Shown: one piece after another, positions 1 to 8,489 of the stretch
Layout of the letters: each line of letters starts with the position of its first letter
Position numbering within the stretch: the first letter of the stretch is position 1
From: Patescibacteria group bacterium
GTDB taxonomy: Bacteria > Patescibacteriota > Minisyncoccia > Phycocordibacterales > GWA1-40-21
Assembly: GCA_018968925.1 (NCBI GenBank)
Contig: JAGWZI010000003.1
Span: 1 to 42,169 of the forward strand
Direction: 5' to 3'
DNA length: 42,169 bases
The notes under the pieces: generated by a model
Told to the model about the DNA's origin: nothing
Seen by the model: the letters and a program-made list of their open reading frames with translations, nothing else
The model's database searches: none
Position numbers and translations under genes: made by a program

Positions 1-1
1 G

Positions 2-331
2 GCGTTTCTCCATTATAAGGAAGCGATTCTCGGCCCACGATACGAGCTCTCCGTTGCCGTCGTCAGTCCGGCAAAGATGCGCGCAATCAACCGGCAGTAT
101 CGCAAGCTCGACAAGCCGACGGACGTTCTCGCATTTCCCCTTTCAAAAACACAGGGCGAGGTGTTCCTCTGTCTGCCGGAAACGAAAAAAGAGGCGAAAA
201 AATTCGACCGCGGCTATGAAAATTTCCTGTCATTCCTCTTCATCCATGCTTGCGTCCATTTGCTCGGCTATGATCACGGGACAAAAATGGAAAAAATGGA
301 GAAAAAATGGAGAAAAAAATTCAACATTTGA
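2..331 (+). CDS. ybeY: rRNA maturation RNase YbeY (5' partial)
   Basis: Frame is open from the window edge; contains INRQYRKLDKPTDVLAFP and the HACVHLLGYDH (H3xH5xH) metal motif. Confidence 0.9.
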   Translation, partial: AFLHYKEAILGPRYELSVAVVSPAKMRAINRQYRKLDKPTDVLAFPLSKTQGEVFLCLPETKKEAKKFDRGYENFLSFLFIHACVHLLGYDHGTKMEKMEKKWRKKFNI

Positions 332-337
332 CCGCTG

Positions 338-363
338 AGCGGAGCCGCGAGCTCCGCTTTTTT
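338..363 (+). terminator. Intrinsic terminator
   Basis: AGCGGAGC-cgcga-GCTCCGCT stem followed by a T-run, just after the ybeY stop. Confidence 0.7.
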
Positions 364-428
364 ATGCACACTTCTCATTCCCCGAATAGTCTGGTACAAT
401 AACCCCAACAGAATCTTATCTTATAAAA

Positions 429-1619
429 ATGGCGCAGAAAATTTCAGTCGGCATAGACATCGGAACGGACCGCGTCAAAGTGGTCGTCGCCGAGAACGTG
501 AAGACCGACCGCGCGTTCGCGCCGCGCGTCATCGGTCTCGGATCGGCGAAATCGTCGGGGCTCCGCCACGGCTACGCCGTCTCGCCTGACGAAGCGACCG
601 AGGCCGTGCGCGAAGCTCTGCATCATGCCGAAAAATCCGCCGGCGTGAAGATCCGCAAAGTCCGCCTCGGCGTAGGCGGCGTCGGCCTCTCGGCCGTCGT
701 CGGCAAGGGATCGGTCATGGTCTCGCGGGCGGATTCCGAGATCACCGAGCTCGACATCCGAAACGTCCTTGCCGCCGCCGAGAGCGAATTGCCGGCAAGT
801 TCCCTCGTGAATCGGAAGATCATCGTTCCCGTGCCGCTCTCCTACAAGATCGACGAGGAGATCGTCCCCGGCCGGCCGCTCGGCATGCGCGGCGCCAAGC
901 TCGAAGCGCGCGTCCTCTTCGTTCTCTGCCTTGAACAACATATCAACGATATCATCAATGCCGCGGAAAACGCGGGTCTTGAGGTAACCGGAGTCATGGC
1001 ATCCCCGCTCATGGCGAGCCTGGTCAACATGACAAAGCTCGAACGCGTGGCCGGCAGCGTCCTTGTCAACATCGGCGCGGAAACCACCTCGCTCGCCGTC
1101 TTCGAGAACAACCTGCCCATTTCGCTCGAGGTCTTCCCCGAAGGCGGCGCGGACATCACAAACGACATCGCGCTCGGCTTCCGCATTCCGATCGACGAAG
1201 CGGAAAGCCTGAAGGTCGGTTCCGTGGCGAATGCCGATTATCCGAAAAAGAAACTCGATGACATCATCCGCAAGAAATCGGAATCCATATTCGCACGCGT
1301 CGAAGCGCATCTGAAAAAAATCGGCCGTTCGGGCCTTCTGCCCGCGGGCATCGTCATCACGGGCGGCGGCTCCGGTGCAACCGGCATCGGCGAGATCGCC
1401 CGTGCGGAACTCGGCCTGCCGGCAAAGATCGCACTGGTTAATTCCGGAGACGAGGCGAAACATGAGATCAAGGACAATGTCTGGTCGGTCGCGTACGGTC
1501 TTGCCGTCTGGGGACTCTCGAACGACGACGATATTTCCTCCGGCCTTCATTTCTCCGCAAGCTCGGGCAAAAAGCTTTTCCGCGGCATGAGCGACTGGTT
1601 CAAGCAATTCATGCCATAA
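429..1619 (+). CDS. ftsA: Cell division protein FtsA
   Basis: Actin-like motifs GIDIGT, VNIGAETT and IVITGGGS; C-terminal amphipathic WFKQFMP; directly upstream of ftsZ. Confidence 0.95.
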   Translation: MAQKISVGIDIGTDRVKVVVAENVKTDRAFAPRVIGLGSAKSSGLRHGYAVSPDEATEAVREALHHAEKSAGVKIRKVRLGVGGVGLSAVVGKGSVMVSRADSEITELDIRNVLAAAESELPASSLVNRKIIVPVPLSYKIDEEIVPGRPLGMRGAKLEARVLFVLCLEQHINDIINAAENAGLEVTGVMASPLMASLVNMTKLERVAGSVLVNIGAETTSLAVFENNLPISLEVFPEGGADITNDIALGFRIPIDEAESLKVGSVANADYPKKKLDDIIRKKSESIFARVEAHLKKIGRSGLLPAGIVITGGGSGATGIGEIARAELGLPAKIALVNSGDEAKHEIKDNVWSVAYGLAVWGLSNDDDISSGLHFSASSGKKLFRGMSDWFKQFMP

Positions 1620-1771
1620 CCGCGACACGCGGAATCGATCCCTGCAAGGCTTCCCTTTCCGTCCTGTTTTTTGCTATAATTCCCCCACGAAACGGAGTTC
1701 GTTTTTTTATTATCAGCGTTAACGCCCGCCCGAAAGGCCGCTTGCCGGCTTGTCCGCAAGCATCATTACCC

Positions 1772-2920
1772 ATGCCACACGTCAAACCGGAAATCGAAGT
1801 GTTCGCGCGCATCAAAGTCATCGGCATCGGCGGCTCGGGCGGCAACGCGGTGAACCACATGGTGAATTCCAAAGTGAAAGGCGCCGAATTCATCGCCGTC
1901 AACACCGACGCGCAGGACCTCCACCACTCCCTTGCGGGCAAAAAGATCCACATCGGCAAGAATCTGACAAAAGGCCTCGGCACCGGCATGAATCCGGAGC
2001 TCGGCAAGCGCGCCGCCGAAGAGACGAAAGAGGAGCTCCAGGAAGCGCTCAAAGGTGCGGACATGGTCTTCGTTGCGCTTGGAGAAGGCGGCGGCACGGG
2101 TACCGGCGCGGCGCCGTTCGTGGCAAAGATCGCCAAGGAGCTCGGCATCCTGACGATTGCCGTCGTCACGAAACCGTTCGTCTTCGAGGGCCAACAGCGC
2201 AACCGCATCGCGGACGCAGGCATCGACGAGCTGAAAAAGTGCGTCGACGCCATCATCGTCGTGCCGAACGACCGCCTGCTCGCCATGGTCACGAAAGAAA
2301 CGACCATGAAATCCGCCTTTGCGCTCTCGGACGACATTCTCCGCCAGGCAGTCGAGGGTATCTCCGATCTCATCACGACGCCGGGCATCATCAATATCGA
2401 CTTCGCCGACATCCGCACCGTCGTCGAGAACGCCGGATCGGCCTTGATGGGCATCGGTACGGCATCGGGCGAGAGGCGCGCCGAGGAAGCCGCGCGCGCC
2501 GCGATCAATTCGCCGCTCCTCGAGGTCTCGATCAACGGCGCGAAAGGCGTGCTCTTCTCCATCGCGGCGGGCGACGACCTGACCTTGTTCGAAGTCCAGG
2601 AAGCCGCAAAAATCATCACCGAATCGATCGACCCGAACGCGAAAGTTATTTTCGGTACCATCCACACCGACAAGCTCAAGAAAAACGAGATCCAGATCAC
2701 CGTCATCGCGTCCGGCTTCGGCGAAAGCCAGGGCAAGAAATCGCTCTTCCAGTCGGCAAAATCCGAAGACAAAGGAAGAATATTCAACACGGTCGAACCA
2801 AAAGAGGAAAAGCCGCTGCCGAAACCGGAACCGATGCCGGCGCCCGAACCGAAAAAATCCGCGAAAATCGAGGAAGAAGACGACTGGGGCGTGCCATCCT
2901 TCCTGCGACGGAAAAAATAA
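1772..2920 (+). CDS. ftsZ: Cell division GTPase FtsZ
   Basis: IKVIGIGGSGGNAVNHM, GGGTGTGAAP tubulin signature, INIDFADI, C-terminal VPSFLRRKK; start placed at ATG 1772. Confidence 0.98.
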   Translation: MPHVKPEIEVFARIKVIGIGGSGGNAVNHMVNSKVKGAEFIAVNTDAQDLHHSLAGKKIHIGKNLTKGLGTGMNPELGKRAAEETKEELQEALKGADMVFVALGEGGGTGTGAAPFVAKIAKELGILTIAVVTKPFVFEGQQRNRIADAGIDELKKCVDAIIVVPNDRLLAMVTKETTMKSAFALSDDILRQAVEGISDLITTPGIINIDFADIRTVVENAGSALMGIGTASGERRAEEAARAAINSPLLEVSINGAKGVLFSIAAGDDLTLFEVQEAAKIITESIDPNAKVIFGTIHTDKLKKNEIQITVIASGFGESQGKKSLFQSAKSEDKGRIFNTVEPKEEKPLPKPEPMPAPEPKKSAKIEEEDDWGVPSFLRRKK

Positions 2921-2946
2921 CGCGAACCGCGTAGTATCATCATTTC

Positions 2947-3861
2947 ATGACATACGACCTTGCAATCATCGGCGGAGGGCCCGCCGGCATATCGGCCGGC
3001 GTCTATGCCGCGCGCAAGAAAATAAAGACGCTCTTCCTCGCGGAAAACCTCGAGGGCCAGAGCGCCGTGTCCGACGACATCCAGAACTGGATCGGCATGC
3101 CGCACGTGAAAGGCGCGGAGCTCGCGAAGATGATGGCGGACCACTTGCGCGCATACGCCGGCGATTCTCTCGATATCAAAAAAGAGCGCGTGACGCTCGT
3201 CGAAAAAGACGGCAAGGGTTTTTCCCTGCGGACGAACAAAGCGAATTATTCCGCAAAAACGATCTTGGTCGCGACCGGCAGCGTCCGGCGCAAACTCGAC
3301 ATTCCGGGCGCGAAGGAATTCGACAACAAAGGCATCAGCTATTGCGCCTCGTGCGATGCGCCGCTTTTCGACGGCGCGAATGTCGCGGTCGTCGGCGGCG
3401 GCAATGCGGCGTTCGAATCGGCGGCGCAGCTTGCCGCGTATGCGAAGCGCATCACCATTCTCGCCAGAAGCCGCTTCCGCGCCGACCCCGTCACCGTCGA
3501 GAAAGTCCTCGCTGACAAGAAGATCGAGGCCCTTGAAAATATCGACCTTGCCGAAGTGAAAGGCGGCGATTTCGTCACCTCTCTCGCGTATACAAAGCGC
3601 GATTCCGGCGCAAAAAAGGAGATTCCTGTCACCGGCATCTTCGTCGAGATCGGCGCCGTCCCCTCGGTCGATTTCGTGAAAAATCTCGTCAAACTCGACG
3701 GAAAAAACGAGATCGTCACCGACCCGAAGACCCAGGTGACGTCCGCGGAAGGCATTTGGGCCGCCGGCGACTGTACGAACGGCCTCTACAAGCAGAACAA
3801 CATCGCCGCCGGCGACGCCGTGAAAGCGCTCGAGAACATCTTTGAATATCTGAAGACATAA
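2947..3861 (+). CDS. trxB: Thioredoxin-disulfide reductase family protein
   Basis: GGGPAG FAD motif, CASCD redox centre, VVGGGNAA NAD(P)H motif, WAAGD. Confidence 0.88.
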   Translation: MTYDLAIIGGGPAGISAGVYAARKKIKTLFLAENLEGQSAVSDDIQNWIGMPHVKGAELAKMMADHLRAYAGDSLDIKKERVTLVEKDGKGFSLRTNKANYSAKTILVATGSVRRKLDIPGAKEFDNKGISYCASCDAPLFDGANVAVVGGGNAAFESAAQLAAYAKRITILARSRFRADPVTVEKVLADKKIEALENIDLAEVKGGDFVTSLAYTKRDSGAKKEIPVTGIFVEIGAVPSVDFVKNLVKLDGKNEIVTDPKTQVTSAEGIWAAGDCTNGLYKQNNIAAGDAVKALENIFEYLKT

Positions 3862-3890
3862 AAAACCGCCTGTGACACGGCGGTTTTTAT
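3861..3890. terminator. Bidirectional intrinsic terminator
   Basis: AAAAACCGCC-tgtgacac-GGCGGTTTTT between convergent genes. Confidence 0.75.
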
Positions 3891-4427
3891 TCTGCTGAAA
3901 GCCTTTCGACTTCCTTCACCTGTACGTCGCCGATCAAGGCAGTAAATCCTCTCGCGTAGGTGAACTCGACGAGAACTTTTTTGCCGGCAAGGACCGGCGG
4001 AAGCCAGTACCGGTCGGCAAGCATCATGTCGGCAAGCGGAAGCTTTTCCCGCGGATACCTGCAAGGATCGATCATCTCTTTCGTCGAAATGATGTCCCCG
4101 TTCCACCGGTCGCACAGGAAGACGAGGATCTTCGCCGTGCGCAACATGCCTTCGGCATTCAAACGATGGGCGGTAAGAACGGCCGAAAGACGGAGATCTT
4201 CCGGACGAACCGCTACACCGTCGCCCGGCTTCCGATCGCCGCGCGTCTCTTCCTCGACCTCGCGGATCGCGGCTTGGACCGGCGTCTCGCCCGCTTCCAC
4301 CCCGCCGCCGTACCCGTTTGTTGTTCCGGCCGATTTCTCCGGTATGCCGTGCCAAAAATACATATCGGTCATCGACAAAAAACACGACAACTGCGGTATT
4401 TTGAAACTTTTCTTTCGGAGCTTCCAT
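3887..4427 (-). pseudogene. NUDIX hydrolase (MTH1/8-oxo-dGTPase-like), frameshifted near 4330
   Basis: N-terminus MEAPKEK..VVVFFVDDRYVFLARHTGEIG (ATG 4427, GAGGTG SD upstream) is in one frame; NGYGGGVEAGETPVQAAIREVEEET NUDIX box and MMLADRYWLP are in another. Confidence 0.75.
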
Positions 4428-4534
4428 GCGTATCACCTCGCTTTCATGATAACGTTCCGCTTTCAGCATACTCCTTTCCGCCGGTCGCGCAAGCGCTTCC
4501 TTTTTCCGGAAAAATATGATAAATTCTCGTGGCC

Positions 4535-4601
4535 GAGCGGTTAGCTGTTTGGGTAGGTCATTTCAAATATTGCGGGGATTAGCTGTTTTGGCAGATCGTT
4601 T
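4535..4601 (+). repeat. Two degenerate tandem copies of the tRNA-Val 5' end
   Basis: GAGCGGT-TAGCTGTTTGGGTAG (4535) and CGGGGAT-TAGCTGTTTTGGCAG (4573) versus tRNA GGGCGGT-TAGCTCAGTTGGTAG (4615). Confidence 0.7.
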
Positions 4602-4614
4602 ACAAAAAACTTGC

Positions 4615-4690
4615 GGGCGGTTAGCTCAGTTGGTAGAGCGCAATCTTGACGTGATTGATGTCAGAGGTTCGATTCCTCTACCGCCCACCA
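4615..4690 (+). tRNA. tRNA-Val(GAC)
   Basis: GGGCGGT/ACCGCCC acceptor stem, CAATC-ttGACgt-GATTG anticodon arm, GGTTCGATTCC T-arm, encoded CCA. Confidence 0.97.
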
Positions 4691-4694
4691 TGGA

Positions 4695-4718
4695 AAAAAT
4701 CCCCTGACGGGGATTTTT
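4695..4718. terminator. Bidirectional intrinsic terminator
   Basis: AAAAATCCCC-tgac-GGGGATTTTT. Confidence 0.75.
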
Positions 4719-5104
4719 CATTTGGAGTGATATTTGCCGTAGACTTCCCGGGCTTTCGCCGCGATGTCCTCCGGGCTGTTCTGACTTTTGACGAGACAGG
4801 CGTCCGCGCCAAGGTCGAGGCCTTTTTTCAGATCTTCCTGGCTCGAAAGGTTCGTGAGGATGATGACCGGAATGTTCTTGAGAGTCGCGTCGGCCTTCAT
4901 AAATTTCAGCACTTCGAAGCCGTCCTTGCGCGGCATCATGACGTCAAGCACCGCGAGGTCCGGCTTTACCGGCATCGCGGCAAGTTTTTCCACCGCTTCC
5001 TGTCCGTCGGCCGCCATCGCGAAATCGAAATTGTCGAGTTTGAAGATCTGGCTGTAAATGCTTACCATCAGCGGATCGTCTTCTGCCATGAAAATCGTCG
5101 CCAT
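4718..5104 (-). CDS. Single-domain response regulator (receiver only)
   Basis: AEDD, LDVMMP phosphoacceptor, IILTN, conserved Lys; 128 aa with no output domain. Confidence 0.92.
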   Translation of the reverse strand: MATIFMAEDDPLMVSIYSQIFKLDNFDFAMAADGQEAVEKLAAMPVKPDLAVLDVMMPRKDGFEVLKFMKADATLKNIPVIILTNLSSQEDLKKGLDLGADACLVKSQNSPEDIAAKAREVYGKYHSK

Positions 5105-5137
5105 AAGAATTGCTGTTTTATGTACGTGAGTATCCTA

Positions 5138-6163
5138 TCATTTCGCAAGCGGAATTGCAAAGACGAAGGTGCTTCCCTTCCCGAGATCGCTTTTCTCGAG
5201 CACGACCGAACCGCCGATCATGCCGACGAGAAGCTCCGAAATGTAGAGGCCGAGACCGCTGCCCTGCGTGATGCCGCGACCGATGAAATTCTCGTCCGTC
5301 TGACGGAACTTGCCGAAGAGCATCTGCTGGTCCTGTTCGGCAATGCCGACGCCGGTATCCGTGACGCGCACGCGCATCATGCCGTCATCGGCGGCGCTCG
5401 ATACCGTGACGCCGCCTTGGAAGGTGAATTTCAGCGCGTTGCCGATCAGATTGACGATCACCTGCTCGACGATCTCCTTGTCGGCGAAAACGGCAGGCAA
5501 CGGATCGCGCGGCGCGTCATACGAAAGGGATATGCCTTTGTTGGTGGCGATGATGGCGAGATCGCCGACCGCTTTGCGGATCGTTTCGGCGACATCGAAC
5601 CGCTCCTTCGTGACAGCGATCCGTCCGGCTTCAAGACGCGGCGCTTCGAGAAAATCGCTCACGATCTTGATCAGACGCACGCTCGCGAGATCGATGTTCG
5701 CGATGAGCTTCTTGGCATTCTCGTTCTGGATGTCATTGCTGTATGCCTTCATGATGAGCTCGGCCGACGCCTTGATGGCGGCGAGCGGCGTGCGCAAATC
5801 GTGCGAGGCAACCATGAAAAACTGTTCGCGGTTCTTTTCGACGGTTTTCGCTTCGGTGATATCCTCGACGATGACGGTGCATGCGGATCCGTCGGCCGGC
5901 ACAAAGAAGAATTTCAGGTATTTGCCGTTCCAGGCCGCTTCTTTCACCTCAATCGTCTTCTGTCCCGCGAGACAATCGCGACATGAGCCGGCGACATCGA
6001 AAGCGGAAACGATACTCCCCATGTTCTTGCCGATCAGGGAGCCAAGAATTTCCTCGCTTTTCCGGTTCTGCGATAGGACCGCTCCGTCCGGGCCGGCAAT
6101 AAGAAAACCGAACGGCGCGTTGGCAATGGCGGCGGATGCGAATCGTTCGGTTTCGGAATTCAT
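5138..6163 (-). CDS. Soluble PAS-like sensor histidine kinase
   Basis: H-box ASHDLRTPL, N-box NLIGNALKFT, G1 DTGVGI, G2 GSGLGL; no TM segment. Confidence 0.93.
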   Translation of the reverse strand: MNSETERFASAAIANAPFGFLIAGPDGAVLSQNRKSEEILGSLIGKNMGSIVSAFDVAGSCRDCLAGQKTIEVKEAAWNGKYLKFFFVPADGSACTVIVEDITEAKTVEKNREQFFMVASHDLRTPLAAIKASAELIMKAYSNDIQNENAKKLIANIDLASVRLIKIVSDFLEAPRLEAGRIAVTKERFDVAETIRKAVGDLAIIATNKGISLSYDAPRDPLPAVFADKEIVEQVIVNLIGNALKFTFQGGVTVSSAADDGMMRVRVTDTGVGIAEQDQQMLFGKFRQTDENFIGRGITQGSGLGLYISELLVGMIGGSVVLEKSDLGKGSTFVFAIPLAK

Positions 6164-6181
6164 GACCTTAAGTATACCACG

Positions 6182-6928
6182 CTAAATCTGTATCTTCGAA
6201 AAAAGCCAACTGCCGATTGCGACAAGAGCGGCGGTGAGAACGATGAGAACCGAGAGGTCGAGACCGAGACCGAATACCGGTGCGCCGCCGAGCGCCGTCC
6301 GGAACGCATCAATACCATAAGAAAGCGGATCGATGCGCGTCAACGCTGCAAGCGCCGACGGCAGGCCGGAAAGCGGAAAGAGCGCGCCAGAGAGGAAGAA
6401 GAGCGGCATGACAAGGAAATTGACCACGAATTGGAATCCCTGCATGTCGTCAAGCTGGGAGGCGATGATCGTGCCGAGCGCGGTGAAAAGGAGCGCGATG
6501 AGGAACATGAGGATGACGGCAAGACCGACAGACAGAGCGCTCGGCGCGCGGAAACCGATAAGCGTCGCAATGAGAAAAACGATGATGCCTTGCATGGTCG
6601 AGGTCGTCGCCCCGCCCGCCGTTCGTCCGAGCATGATCTCGACGCGCGAGACGGGCGCGACGAGCGTCTCCTTGAGAAAACCGAACTGCTTGTCCCAGAT
6701 GATCTCGATGCCGGAAAAGACCGAGGAAAAGATGATCGCCATGCCGATGACCCCGGGCACGAGAAATTGCACGTAATTCCCCTCCCCGGCTTTCTGGAAG
6801 ACCGGTCCGAGACCGTAGCCGAGCGCGACGAGGAACAGGAGCGGCTGGGCGAGCGATCCGAAGACCCGCGATTTCGATCGCAGGTACCTTTTGATCTGCC
6901 GAAGCCATAAAATATAGATCGTTCTCAT
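6182..6928 (-). CDS. ABC-2 type exporter permease (DrrB-like)
   Basis: About 6 TM helices; FLVPGVIGM, DKQFGFLKETLVAPVSR, FLSGALFP, PLSYGIDAFR. Confidence 0.92.
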   Translation of the reverse strand: MRTIYILWLRQIKRYLRSKSRVFGSLAQPLLFLVALGYGLGPVFQKAGEGNYVQFLVPGVIGMAIIFSSVFSGIEIIWDKQFGFLKETLVAPVSRVEIMLGRTAGGATTSTMQGIIVFLIATLIGFRAPSALSVGLAVILMFLIALLFTALGTIIASQLDDMQGFQFVVNFLVMPLFFLSGALFPLSGLPSALAALTRIDPLSYGIDAFRTALGGAPVFGLGLDLSVLIVLTAALVAIGSWLFSKIQI

Positions 6929-6932
6929 GTTT

Positions 6933-7739
6933 TTATCGCCGATTGCCGCCCGACCACACCTGCCGCCGCTGTCGCATGGCATCCGCCGCACCGGCTTCCT
7001 CGTCGCGGATCTTGCGGCCGGTGAGCGCGAGGAACGCGTCTTCAAGCGAACTTGTGTCGGTCTTCTTTTTGAGCTCGTCCGCCGTGCCGATCGCCACGAT
7101 CTTGCCGTAATCGATGACCGCGATCCTCTCGGCCACTTTTTCCGCCTCTTCCATGTAATGCGTCGTGAAAAAAACCGTCGTACCTTCGGTCGCGTTCAGG
7201 TCTTTCAAATAATTCCACAGGTGATTGCGAGTTTGCGGATCAAGGCCGATCGTTGGCTCGTCGAGGAAAATGACCTTCGGGTGATGCAGGAGACCGCGAG
7301 CGATCTCAAGGCGCCGTTTCATGCCGCCCGAGAACGATTTGACGAGGCTGTCCTTCCTGTCCCAGAGCTCGACGAACGTCATGAGCTTTTCGATCCGTTC
7401 ACGCCGGACCTTCTTCTCGATGCCGTAGAGCACGCCGTGGAATTCCATGTTCTCCCAGGCGGTTAGTTCGTCGTCGAGCGATGGGTCCTGGAAGACGATG
7501 CCGAAGGATTTGCGCACCGCATGCGGATCATGTTTCGGATCGAAACCGGCAAGCGCGATCGATCCTGCCGTCGGATCGAGAAGCGTCGTGAGCATTTTGA
7601 TCGTCGTGGATTTTCCCGCGCCGTTCGGACCGAGGAACGCGAAGATCTCGCCGCGTGCGACGGAAAACGTGATGTCGTTCACCGCCGTGATGTCGCCAAA
7701 TTTCTTGACGAGGTTTTTTACTTCGATGATATCGGTCAT
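6933..7739 (-). CDS. ABC transporter ATP-binding subunit (DrrA-like)
   Basis: Walker A GPNGAGKST, signature FSGGMKRR, Walker B IFLDEPT, H-loop TTHY. Confidence 0.95.
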   Translation of the reverse strand: MTDIIEVKNLVKKFGDITAVNDITFSVARGEIFAFLGPNGAGKSTTIKMLTTLLDPTAGSIALAGFDPKHDPHAVRKSFGIVFQDPSLDDELTAWENMEFHGVLYGIEKKVRRERIEKLMTFVELWDRKDSLVKSFSGGMKRRLEIARGLLHHPKVIFLDEPTIGLDPQTRNHLWNYLKDLNATEGTTVFFTTHYMEEAEKVAERIAVIDYGKIVAIGTADELKKKTDTSSLEDAFLALTGRKIRDEEAGAADAMRQRRQVWSGGNRR

Positions 7740-7761
7740 GTCGCTAGTATATACGAAAAAA

Positions 7762-8397
7762 TCAGAATTCGGTTGCCTTGCCGATCGGCATCGGTACGAA
7801 CCTGATCCCCTTCGGCTCGAGAAACGTTGGTGCGAGACGATCCGTCGTTGCCGTGCTTTTGCTATTGGCATCATGCACCGGGAAACAGACATCAGGTTTG
7901 AGCGCTTCGGCATAGCTCACGCCTTCGGAAAATTTCATCCACGGCCCGGCGACCGGCAGGGCAAGCACCGGAACACGCCGGTGCGGGTCGGTCAGCGCAT
8001 CGCCCGGATAAAAGAGCTTGCCCGAGATAAAATATCCTGTGTTCTGGCAGACCGGATAATGATCGTGGATGAACGCATGGTCGCGGCCGATGCCTTCGAT
8101 GATGACGCCTTGGTATTCGTATTTTTCGCCATCCTCGACCTTCGTGAACGGAATCCCCTCCTTCACGAGAAGCGCGCCGACCGAAGCGTTCGTGATGACG
8201 ATCGCGTTCGGATTCTTCTTCAGGATGTTTTTCACCGAATCAAGGTGAAAATGATCGAAATGATCGTGCGTGACAAGCATGATGTCGATATTTTCGACGT
8301 CATCCTGCGCCGTCGAATACGTGCCTGGATCAGTGATGATCCGGACGCCTTTCTCTTCAACAAGCAGACAACAGTGACCAAATTTCGTGATCATCAT
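7762..8397 (-). CDS. MBL-fold metallo-hydrolase
   Basis: GHCC, TDPG, THDHFDH motif, YPGD, FPVHD. Confidence 0.9.
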   Translation of the reverse strand: MMITKFGHCCLLVEEKGVRIITDPGTYSTAQDDVENIDIMLVTHDHFDHFHLDSVKNILKKNPNAIVITNASVGALLVKEGIPFTKVEDGEKYEYQGVIIEGIGRDHAFIHDHYPVCQNTGYFISGKLFYPGDALTDPHRRVPVLALPVAGPWMKFSEGVSYAEALKPDVCFPVHDANSKSTATTDRLAPTFLEPKGIRFVPMPIGKATEF

Positions 8398-8489
8398 GCC
8401 GAATATTATAGCAGAAAAAACCTTTTGCAGGCTTCAGAATTCAAACGTTTGACGTCAATCACCAGTAAGGATATTCTGACGCGCAACGG

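Noticed and set aside
444-3144. Long antisense and alternate-frame ORFs over ftsA/ftsZ (similarly 4655-5986, 17103-18485, 24778-26496, 33463-34548, 39083-40300)
   Set aside because: Shadow ORFs expected from GC-rich codon bias opposite well-supported genes; no recognisable motifs.
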